Shown here: in pieces, positions 17,925 through 27,400 of the stretch
Position numbering within the stretch: the stretch's first letter is position 1
Layout: the number at the start of each line of letters is the position of its first letter
NCBI GenBank assembly: GCA_964398115.1
Contig: CAYNLP010000007.1
Coordinates: 1-39,835 of the forward strand
From: an uncultured Methanosarcinales archaeon
GTDB lineage: Archaea; Nanobdellota; Nanobdellia; Woesearchaeales; CAYNLP01
Direction: 5' to 3'
Length of the DNA stretch: 39,835 nt
The notes under the pieces: generated by a model
Database searches by the model: none
What the model was told of the DNA's origin: nothing
The model's input: the letters and a program-made list of their open reading frames with translations, nothing else
Position numbers and translations under genes: made by a program

Positions 17925-19261
17925 CGGAAAACGTAACTATAATAATTCTCGGAGGAACAGGTGACCTATCAAGGAAAAAACTAATACCCAGTATATACCA
18001 ACTCTACAAGAAAGACAGACTCGATGAATTCACAGTCATAGGGACCTCAAGAAATAAATACACAGACAAGGAATTCAGACAAATATTTACAGAAAACATA
18101 GAAAACAAAGATAAATGGGATGAATTCAAAAAACATATCAAATTTAATCAACTAGACTTCTACCATGAAGAAACCTTCAAAACTTTAAAAGAAAAACTGG
18201 ACTGCTGCCCAGAAAACCGAATATTCTACTTATCAACCCTACCACAACACTTCGAACAAATAACACAAAATCTAGGAAACCACGATCTCATAAACGAACA
18301 AAGCAAAGTTATGTACGAAAAGCCATTCGGACACGACCTCCAAAGCGCGAAAGAACTAAACAACTGCATACACAAACACTTCCCAGAAGACAGAGTATAC
18401 CGAGTAGATCACTATCTAGACAAAGAACTAGTAGAAAACATATCAATACTGAGATTCACTAATACCTTACTACAACCAATCTGGAACGACGAATACATAG
18501 ATCACATACAAATAGCTATGAGCGAAGACTTCGGAGTAGAAAAAAGAGGAGGATTCTACGATGAAACCGGAGCGATAAAAGACGTATTTCAAAACCACAT
18601 ACTACAAATGCTCGCCCTAACCACGATGGAAGAACCAGACCAATTTGAAAGTGAAGAAATACGAAATGAAAAAGTAAAACTACTAAAAAAAGTGCAAATA
18701 CAGCAAATAATAACAGGACAATACGAAGGCTATACCCAAGAAGAAGGAGTAGATGAAAACAGCAATGTTGAAACCTTCGCCACGATGAAAGCAGCTATAA
18801 ATGGATGGGAAAACACCCCAATATACCTAGTCAGTGGCAAAAATCTAGAAAAAGAAATGGCACAAATATACATTGAGTTCAAAAATACACCATGCGAACT
18901 CTTCAAAGATAAATGCTCACTAGAACCAAACAGTATAGTCATAAACATAAAGCCCGAAGGCACAATATACTTTACTATAAATACTAAAGTACCAGAAAAA
19001 ATAGAAACAGAAAAAAACAAATTCGAATTCTGCTACAGCTGCCAACATGGTCCAAACACACCCGAAGCATACGAAAATGTATTCTGGCAAGCCATACAAA
19101 ACAACCACACCCCTTTTATCAGAAGCGATGAAATAGAAGAACAATGGAAAATAATCGATACTTTAAAGAAACCTCAACCATTCACATACGAAAAAGGAAA
19201 ATTCCCAGAAGAAGCCAAAGTCTTCATACAAGAAGACGGGCGTGAATGGTACAATCTATGA
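17921..19261 (+). CDS. zwf: Glucose-6-phosphate 1-dehydrogenase (bacterial Zwf type)
   Basis: GGTGDLSRKKL, EKPFGHDL, RVDHYLDK, RGGFYD..GAIKDVFQNHILQ, PEAYE. Confidence 0.95.
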   Translation: MTENVTIIILGGTGDLSRKKLIPSIYQLYKKDRLDEFTVIGTSRNKYTDKEFRQIFTENIENKDKWDEFKKHIKFNQLDFYHEETFKTLKEKLDCCPENRIFYLSTLPQHFEQITQNLGNHDLINEQSKVMYEKPFGHDLQSAKELNNCIHKHFPEDRVYRVDHYLDKELVENISILRFTNTLLQPIWNDEYIDHIQIAMSEDFGVEKRGGFYDETGAIKDVFQNHILQMLALTTMEEPDQFESEEIRNEKVKLLKKVQIQQIITGQYEGYTQEEGVDENSNVETFATMKAAINGWENTPIYLVSGKNLEKEMAQIYIEFKNTPCELFKDKCSLEPNSIVINIKPEGTIYFTINTKVPEKIETEKNKFEFCYSCQHGPNTPEAYENVFWQAIQNNHTPFIRSDEIEEQWKIIDTLKKPQPFTYEKGKFPEEAKVFIQEDGREWYNL

Positions 19262-19980
19262 AAGACGTAAAAACCATCTCGGAAGAAAATAAAGAAAAAC
19301 TAGCAGAAAAAACGTGCAAAGCTTTCATAAAAGAATTAAAAAATCTTTTACAGGATCAAGATAAAGTCATCGTAAGCCTTTGCGGAGGAAAATCTGTAAG
19401 AAAATTCTATAAGAAAATTCCTAAACATGCGAAAAAACTAGACCAGGAAGACTGGGAAAACATACACTTCTTCTTCACAGATGAAAGAATAGTAAATCCA
19501 TTAGATGAAGGAAGCAATCACAAACAAGCGAGAGACCTGTTCCTCATGGACCTAGGAAGGATGAAGCTGTTACTAGAAGAAAATGTTCACCGATTCCATG
19601 GTCAAAAAGAAAATATAAACGAAGAACTGGCAAGATACGATGACATGCTAAATGAACTCGGAGGCGACATAGACATCGCAATAATGGGAGTAGGAAAAGA
19701 CGGACATATAGGAAGCTTATTCCCAAACAAAGAAGAACTAGACGCGGAAAGAAAAGAATACCTGTTAGTCACTAACAGTCCTAAACCACCAGCGGAGAGA
19801 ATAACAATAGCCCCTAAACACATAGAAAAATCACAAACCAACTTTTTATTCTTCATAGATGAAGAGAAAGAAAAAGCATATAAGAAATTCCAGGATGAAG
19901 AAGCCGATTATCACAACTGGCCATGTAAACTTGCGTTAAAAGGCGAAGGAACTTGTTACGTTTCAACTAACTTAGCATAA
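19258..19980 (+). CDS. pgl: 6-phosphogluconolactonase (Pgl/NagB fold)
   Basis: LCGG.S, FFTDER.V, SN, MGVG.DGHIGSLFP, SPKPPAERIT; ATGA overlap with zwf. Confidence 0.9.
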   Translation: MKDVKTISEENKEKLAEKTCKAFIKELKNLLQDQDKVIVSLCGGKSVRKFYKKIPKHAKKLDQEDWENIHFFFTDERIVNPLDEGSNHKQARDLFLMDLGRMKLLLEENVHRFHGQKENINEELARYDDMLNELGGDIDIAIMGVGKDGHIGSLFPNKEELDAERKEYLLVTNSPKPPAERITIAPKHIEKSQTNFLFFIDEEKEKAYKKFQDEEADYHNWPCKLALKGEGTCYVSTNLA

Positions 19981-20035
19981 CATTTAAATACTAATCTCGG
20001 CTGGTTTAGGAACAGAAAAAAGAGGTGGGAGTGAG

Positions 20036-20902
20036 TTGAGCTTAACAGACGAAGAACTGGAATTCTTAGAAAATAAAGCTAATGAGATTAGAGAAGATAT
20101 TATTAAAACTCTTCTAAACGCTGGCTCGGGACACAGTGCAGGACCTCTTGGAATGGCAGACGTGATGACTGCCTTATACTTCCACGTCATGAACCACGAT
20201 CCAGACAATCCTGACTGGGAAGAAAGAGACAGGATGGTATTAAGCAACGGACACATCTGTCCAGGTCTTTACGTAACACTCGCACATGCTGGATACTTCC
20301 CACGAGAAGAACTGAAAACGTTAAGAGAACTTGGAACCAGACTTCAAGGACACCCACACAACGTTGTAACACCTGGCATTGAAAACAGCAGCGGTCCGTT
20401 AGGACATGGTCTGAGCCAAGCATGTGGAATGGCAAAAGCAGCTCTGATGGATGATAAAGACTGGCACGTATACTGCCTAATGAGCGACGGCGAACAAGAA
20501 GAAGGAAACACTTGGGAAGCAGCAATGTTCGCCGGCAATAATGAACTTAGAAACCTAACCGCAATAATGGACCGAAACAACATACAAATTGATGGCTATA
20601 CAGAACATGTCATGCCATTAGAACCATTAAGAGAAAAATACGAAAGTTTCGGATGGCACGTACAAGAAGTAGACGGACATAACATAAGGGAAATAATAGA
20701 TGCGATAAATGAAAGCAAAGCAATATATGAAAAACCAAGCATGATAATAGCCCACACAATACCAGGTAAAGGCGTAGACTTCATGGAAAAAGACTACCAC
20801 TGGCACGGCAAACCACCCAATGAAGAACAAGCTCAAAAAGCATTAGAACAACTTCACAAAATAAGAACATTACAAGGGGAAATCACAGGTGAACACGAAT
20901 GA
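20036..20902 (+). CDS. Transketolase, N-terminal (TPP-binding) subunit
   Basis: SGH, RDRMVLSNGH, LQGHP, GPLGHG, SDGEQEEG.TWEA, DRNNIQIDG, HWHG. Confidence 0.95.
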   Translation: MSLTDEELEFLENKANEIREDIIKTLLNAGSGHSAGPLGMADVMTALYFHVMNHDPDNPDWEERDRMVLSNGHICPGLYVTLAHAGYFPREELKTLRELGTRLQGHPHNVVTPGIENSSGPLGHGLSQACGMAKAALMDDKDWHVYCLMSDGEQEEGNTWEAAMFAGNNELRNLTAIMDRNNIQIDGYTEHVMPLEPLREKYESFGWHVQEVDGHNIREIIDAINESKAIYEKPSMIIAHTIPGKGVDFMEKDYHWHGKPPNEEQAQKALEQLHKIRTLQGEITGEHE

Positions 20903-22129
20903 TAAACGAAAGTCTGAACTTCGTAAAAAACCTATATGGAGACTTAGAAGAAAAACCTACCAGAAACGGATACGGCCATGGCGTGTTACAAGCAGGAAAA
21001 GAAAATGAAGACATCNNNNNNNNNNGTCCTGTGCTGTGACTTAACAAGCTCAACTAGAAGCCACTTCTTCAAAGAAGAATTCCCAGAAAGATTCGTAGAA
21101 GTAGGAGTGGCAGAACAAAACATGGCAGGACTAGCAGCAGGCATGAGCTTTGCAGGAAAAATCCCCTACATCTCAAGCTACGCAGTTTTCAATCCAGGAA
21201 TAAACTGGAGTCAGATAAGAGTAGCCATATGTTACAGCCAAGCCAACGTGAAAATAATGGGAGCACACGCAGGCATATCAGTAGGTCCAGACGGAGCAAC
21301 CCACCAAGCACTAGAAGACATAGCCATAACTAGAGTACTACCCAACCTCACAGTAGTGGTGCCATGCGACTTCCATCAAGCAAAGAAAGCCGCACAAGCC
21401 ATAGCAAAAGTAGACGGACCATGCTATATGAGATTTGCACGAGCCGAAACACCAATATTCACAACAGAAGAAACACCATTCCAGATAGGAAAAGCACAAA
21501 CCTTCAAATATGGACAAGACGTGACCATAATAGGAGCAGGTCCGGTCATATATGAAGCATTGAAAGCCGCCAAAGAATTAGAAAAAGAAGATGTGAGCAC
21601 GAGAGTGATAAACCTACATACTATAAAGCCGATGGATAAAGAAGCCGTGTTAAGAGCAGCAAAAGAAACCGGAGCCATAGTAACTGTAGAAGAACATCAA
21701 AAACACGGAGGGATAGGAAGCGCAGTTTCAGAATACCTTTCAAAAGAAAATCCGGTACCTATAGAAAGAGTAGCAATTGACGACAGATTCGGAGAAAGCG
21801 GCGATCCCAAAAAATTATTGGATGAAGTAGGACTTACCGCTCCATACATTAAAGAAGCCGTGTACAAAGCAATAAGTAAAAAAGGACAAGTACCTCCAGA
21901 ATTCAGACAACCATTCCACCTAGAAAATGGTGAAGTAATAAGAACAAAGAAAGAACTCATATACGCCTTGCAAGAACACCCCACAATTTACGAACATCAC
22001 GTACACGAAGACAGAAACGACTTCGCAAATTGGATAAGAGACGTCATGCACGAAACTAGCTTAGCAAGTCACATAGACAAAGCACAAAGTCGAGAAGAAA
22101 CTATACAAATTTTGAAAAACCACCTGTAA
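20899..22129 (+). CDS. Transketolase, C-terminal subunit with an extra C-terminal domain (contains assembly gap)
   Basis: ATG 20899 (MINESLNF..PTRNGYG), gap 21016-21025, then GVAEQNM, GPDGATHQALED, TVEEHQ..GGIG; about 80-aa extension PFHLENG...NDFANWIRDV. Confidence 0.9.
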
Positions 22130-22130
22130 C

Positions 22131-23249
22131 CTATTTCCAACGCTTAGAATAACGCTTGTTTCTGAAACTACCAAACATATCAGCTAACTTACCCTCTGTT
22201 ACAAAATCCTTCCAAACAAATATCGACTTACCTCTTCCAAGACTAATCCACATCGGAGTTTTCTTAAACTCAAAATATTTCTTCTCTCCTTCATTCATAA
22301 TACTTGCTAAATTATGAGCAACGAGTTTAGCTTCTCTAACACTATGTCCTAAACTACTCAATTCTGGACCTTTATACTTCACATGTCTAGCCCTACCTGC
22401 CTGGCCCAAAGCGTAAATAGTAGCTTCATTAACACTCTGCAAATAAGGATTTACCATGACACGTCCATCCCCATCAGTGTGTAACTTATGATCAGACAAC
22501 ACACCCTCTGGTTTCACCCCTCCACACCAGATAACGTTTGAACTTCTAAAACTATCGCTATCCAAAACCACTTGTTCCTCCCGAACCTCTTCTACCTTAG
22601 AATTAAGTCTGACATCAATCCCTTCCCGACTCAAATGAGTGTGAGCTATCTCTCCAGCTTTTGACGGGAATTCAGGAAGCAACCTATTCTTTTCCTCAAC
22701 TAAAACTAGCTCTACATCAATCCTCCTAACATCTAAACCTTTACAACAATCGTCAAGGAATTCATTCAACTCACTCGCTAACTCAACACCTGCTGGACCT
22801 CCACCACATACAGTTATAGTTAAATCCGCATCATCAGGGTCAGACAATGAATCCTTAATATTCTCTTTAATAACTTCTGAATCCTTCGCAGTAAGATACT
22901 GCATCAAGTTCGAATTGTCAAAATTAGTGACTTGAGGCTTAGAATAGACTAGGAAGTCAAAACTTTCTTCACCATCAGCCAAAATCAACTCTTTATTATT
23001 CAAATTTATATCCTGAACTTCACTTTCAATAAATTCAATGCCGTTGTCAGAAAATAGGAAGTCGAGGTTAACGGCGACATCACTTTCATCCTTCCCTCTA
23101 AAAACTTCTTTTATCCAAGGTCTATAAGTAAAGAAGCCATCACTATGAACTGCAACAATCTCAACATTATCATCTACTTTCTTATTCAATCGCAAAGCAG
23201 TTTCTATACCGCCCACACTACACCCAGTAATGACAATCTTGGTTTTCAT
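22131..23249 (-). CDS. NDH-2/AIF-like FAD-dependent pyridine nucleotide oxidoreductase
   Basis: GGGPAGVELASE, RLLP.F, VIWCGGVKP, GRVMVNPYLQ, ISLG; first dinucleotide motif degenerate (GCSVGG). Confidence 0.8.
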   Translation of the reverse strand: MKTKIVITGCSVGGIETALRLNKKVDDNVEIVAVHSDGFFTYRPWIKEVFRGKDESDVAVNLDFLFSDNGIEFIESEVQDINLNNKELILADGEESFDFLVYSKPQVTNFDNSNLMQYLTAKDSEVIKENIKDSLSDPDDADLTITVCGGGPAGVELASELNEFLDDCCKGLDVRRIDVELVLVEEKNRLLPEFPSKAGEIAHTHLSREGIDVRLNSKVEEVREEQVVLDSDSFRSSNVIWCGGVKPEGVLSDHKLHTDGDGRVMVNPYLQSVNEATIYALGQAGRARHVKYKGPELSSLGHSVREAKLVAHNLASIMNEGEKKYFEFKKTPMWISLGRGKSIFVWKDFVTEGKLADMFGSFRNKRYSKRWK

Positions 23250-23277
23250 CTCTAAAAATGAGCACCAAATAAAATAT

Positions 23278-23646
23278 TTAAAGGTTCTGCTCCAAACTCC
23301 ACTTCCCTGGACCCGTGAAGAACAATGCTAAACTCGTAAAGGAAAGTGCTAAGTCATAAACTCCTCCAGGATAACCCAATTGTATGAAGATAAGAAAAGT
23401 CCATCCTGCAGAAGCCAAAGCTACAAATTTTGTTAAAAAACCCGCAAGTAATAAACAAGCTAGAATGATCTCCACTACCCCTGTGAATAACACTAAGAAC
23501 TTAGTAGAAAAAGGAATTAAATTAACTAACCATAAATTTTCAAAAGTTGTAACGTTAATCGATAATTCTGTAAATTTCTTGATACCAAAATGTATGAATA
23601 GCAAAGCTAACCCAATTCTTAGTAACAAACCTGCGTATTTCTTCAT
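23278..23646 (-). CDS. DoxX-family membrane protein
   Basis: LLRIGLALLFIHFGIKK, E......LLAGFLTK, GPGKWSLE; ATG 23646 overlaps the upstream stop. Confidence 0.88.
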   Translation of the reverse strand: MKKYAGLLLRIGLALLFIHFGIKKFTELSINVTTFENLWLVNLIPFSTKFLVLFTGVVEIILACLLLAGFLTKFVALASAGWTFLIFIQLGYPGGVYDLALSFTSLALFFTGPGKWSLEQNL

Positions 23647-24371
23647 TCTACCACCAAAGTTCCTGTCATGCTGGAATGACCAGTACCACAATAAACCGTG
23701 CACTTAATCTTAAACCTTCCAGTCTTATCTGGAGTAAACCGCACCGTAACATTCTCTCCAACAGGCAATACTTCATTAACCCCGAAAGCAGAAATTCCAA
23801 GTCCATGATCAACATCCATGCTCCGCGCATGAATAACTACAGGAACGCCTTCAGTAACATTAACTGTGCTTGGTTCAAACCTGTACTTTTTAGCCACTAA
23901 ATTAATTTCCTGAACTTCCCGTTCCGGACTTTCTACTTCTTTCTCATCTCTTTCTGAACTATTCTCAGATGATTCATCTATCACTTTTTTAACAATCGTA
24001 TTAGAAGTATATCTTTGACCATTAACGTCTGCATTTGCTTGAATATATACTGTGCCTGTTTCATCAAAACTTAGATTATCCGAGAAAATATCTGAGCCTC
24101 CCTTCGCCGCGGTTTCTTTTGCGTTAAAAAATTCTTTAGAATAACTCGCTTGAAGATTTGTTGTAACCTCTTCACTACTTCTTACATTCCAAACAAATTC
24201 ATAACTTTGATTCACTAACAAACTATCTTCAGGCACTTTCGAAAACTCAACGCTAACATTAACTTCATTCTTTTCTTCTGGAGAAGAAGTGGGCTGATTT
24301 TGAGAAGATTGACAACCTACTACTAATAAGAAACCTATAAAGCTTATCAAGGTTTTGTTCAACTTTCCCAC
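23643..24371 (-). CDS. Lipoprotein with C-terminal CuA-type cupredoxin domain
   Basis: VVGC lipobox; DVDHG and CTVYCGTGHSSM match the binuclear CuA ligand pattern. Confidence 0.85.
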   Translation of the reverse strand: MGKLNKTLISFIGFLLVVGCQSSQNQPTSSPEEKNEVNVSVEFSKVPEDSLLVNQSYEFVWNVRSSEEVTTNLQASYSKEFFNAKETAAKGGSDIFSDNLSFDETGTVYIQANADVNGQRYTSNTIVKKVIDESSENSSERDEKEVESPEREVQEINLVAKKYRFEPSTVNVTEGVPVVIHARSMDVDHGLGISAFGVNEVLPVGENVTVRFTPDKTGRFKIKCTVYCGTGHSSMTGTLVVE

Positions 24372-24413
24372 CTAATGTTAGGAAAAAAGACTATGGTTTT
24401 AATTATTTAACGT

Positions 24414-27400
24414 TTACTCATTAAAAGCTCTGTGTACATAAAATAGGACTGCTCCTGAGAATAATATCAATGCTAAAATAACTCCNNNNNNNNNNNNNNN
24501 NNNNNNNNNNNNNNNNNNNNNNNNNNNNNNNNNNNNNNNNNNNNNNNNNNNNNNNNNNNNNNNNNNNNNNNNNNNNNNNNNNNNNGGGATGTTATTATCA
24601 ATTTGGAAAGCATCTAACTTAACGCCTTTAAACTCTGGATGGTTGCTTGCGTTTATAACCTCTAAGTAAGTTTCTGTTAAACTTTCACTGGGTGTGAACG
24701 CAATCTTTTGTAAATCGACACCTTCTTCGTTAATCATTACTGTCTTTTCCACATTAGCTGGTAAGTTTGCAAAAGTTACTTTTCCTGTGGCGAAGAAACC
24801 ACCAGCTCCTCCTCCACCTCCGCCGCCTCCTCCACTGCTGCTGGAGGTAGAGGTGCTGTCGCTACTTGTATCAACTTGATATTGCCTTACTGAACTGTGA
24901 TCTAAACCGCTGATTTTCAACCTGTTCCCTAGGTCTGTACAGGTATATTGTCCTTGACTGTTACCTCCGCTTGTACATTGTAGCTTGGTTTCGTCAGAAG
25001 CTGAACAGTCTGAAGTTATATCGTTGGAGTCAATATTATTTGAATCTTTAATACAAACTCCATCGTAACTACCTGTTTCGTTCATATAAACGGTTTTTGT
25101 TTTACTTTGACTTGCTAAACTTAATTTTTGAACGGTTATAGTATTCTTGTCAGTATCGTTCTTCTCAGTAATGTTTATCTTTGAGAAGTTCAAACTGTCT
25201 TTGTCAAAGTTGAAGTCGAAATATAGTACAGTGTTAGTAGTGTTACTCACGTTCTGTGTGAAGTTAACGGTTTGGTTACCGGAGAAATCCCCTGAGAGGT
25301 TAGCACTTTTATTGATCTTAATTGAAAGATTTACTTTGTTTCCTTTCACACTGGATGCGTTTCCTTCTACCTCGCCAGCTATTGTTATAACGGTGCTTTC
25401 ACTACCGTTTAGATTGCCTATTGTGTCGGAGGCGTGTATGGTGATAGTGCAGTTTTCAATGCCACATCCTAGGTTGGTAGAGTTTGTAGTGGTGCTGTAC
25501 GTGTTGTTTGAGCCTGCAGTCATGGAAAGCATTGTTGATCCGTCTCCACTTGCATTTACTTCTTGAACTGTTTTAACACTGTCTGTAACTTGTACTGAAA
25601 TGTTGAAGGTTGTTCCTTTCCTGACTGTTGTGTCATTCACGCTTAAACTTGTAACCTGGGGCGGCGTGGTGTCAACAGTGAAGTTATATTCTGTACTATT
25701 CTTGTTACCGGGAGCGCTGCCTCCATAGTCCCAAGTTGTCACGTTTACAGTGTGTTCTCCATCAGACAGGGTGGTGTTGAATGTGCAAGTTTCCGCGTCG
25801 GATCCTTGTGTTACATTCTGACAACTCATATTAGATTTTGTGAAAACTGTTGTATCTATGGTTACGTTTGCAGAGCTTATGCTTGTTCCTGTACCGTTGA
25901 ACGTGTAGTTAAACATTACAGGGTTTTGACTTACATTTGAATTCTCTACTGGTTCATGAGGAGTTATAGTAGGTGTTTTGTTATCCGTTACGTTGTATCC
26001 GGAGAAGCCTGTGACGCTGAATGTTAAGTTACCTACTTTTGATGAGAAGTTTGGCTTGAATGGTCCTGGCACCCAGGTAGTGTTGGTAACGGCTTGACTG
26101 GTGTTGTCAGTTACGACGTCAGGTTCTGAGCTGAAAGGTAGGTCGTAGAAGGTTATTGACGTGTTAGTGTTCAAACTGGCGAAGAATGTCGTATTGACGA
26201 AAATCCTTGATTGTTTATGAGTTTGGGGAGGTGCAATCTTCACATCGATTGCTTGGCTTAAGTTGCTGAATTTTTGTGCTTGTTGTCTCGTGCTCATGTT
26301 GACGCTGGTAAAGTTAATCTTCATTACTTTCTTGAATGTGTTACCCCAAGGAAGTTGTCTATTATTGTACTTGGAGCTTCCGTTCCTTTCAAAAACGAGG
26401 ATCATGTTGATAGTTTCAAAGTCTGGGACTTTGCTGAAGTTGGTTGTTTCATCTTTTGCAAATCTTGTACCGTTTCTTCCGGGTGGTGTCGTGAAGTTAT
26501 ATAGTATTACTGTTTGACTAACAGTAGTTACTCTGGTATTACCTGAGTTTTCTGTAGCGCTTACAGTTATGTTATATGGGAGGAATGGTCTTGTGAGGTC
26601 TGACTTGCTAACGGTGAAGTTTACTTCATGCAAGCCAGAAGTATTATTATAAGTTAGGTTGGCTTTTCTGAAAGTAACCGTTGTTGAAGTAAAACTTCCG
26701 TTAACTAATTTGAAAGTTTTTGCGGAGATGTTAACAAATGCTGAGCTAATATTTTCTCCGGGTGAAATGTTCACGTTCAAATTCATTTTACTGTTGTTAA
26801 CGAAAGTACTGTAGAATCTGTCCGGTTCATCCAGACTAACACCCTGTATGGTTGGTTTGCTTGTATCAATGTTAACCACGTTGTCGTTGGTGGTAGTGCT
26901 TAATGGTAGGTTGTCTCTGCAGGTAACGTTCCATGTATGCGCTCCATCACTCAAGCCGGTGATTGTGTAGCTAGTGTTAGACAAGTTATTTTGATTGGTT
27001 GCTCCTTCCACTTTCAAATCACAAACAGGATTGCTATCTAGGTTGTCACTGGCTGTCCAGTTGAAGGTAACGTTGTTAGTGCTCAAGTTTGCATTATCTA
27101 CCGGCGAGACCAGGGTAACGTTTGGTGCTGTGTCGTCTACGGTTATTTCTATGGTTGTGGTGTCGTTTAAGTTTCCGACGGTGTCTTCTGCATAGAATCT
27201 TAATGTGCAGGTACCTCCACTACTGCATCCAAGGTTGCTAGCGTTAGTTATAACACTGTAAGTTCCATCACTTGCATTCATTGAAACATTCGTTGAACCA
27301 TCATCGCCAGTTAATTCCATACTAACTATTTCAGTGTGGATTTCACCTGCTTGAACACTTACGTTTATGGATTGATTACTTGAGACAAGGTTGTCAGAAT

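Noticed and set aside
20899..21025. Apparent frameshift or odd start (ORF 20978) in transketolase C-subunit
   Set aside because: The 10-N gap has arbitrary length; the frame from ATG 20899 reads as a normal N-terminus, so this is an assembly artefact rather than a pseudogene or programmed frameshift.
24486..24585. Continuous 1806-aa reading frame across the 100-N gap
   Set aside because: Gap length is a placeholder; true protein length and linkage to the TM anchor are unverified.
24800..24870. CCT/CCA/CCG triplet run
   Set aside because: Encodes an ordinary Ser/Gly linker of the surface protein.
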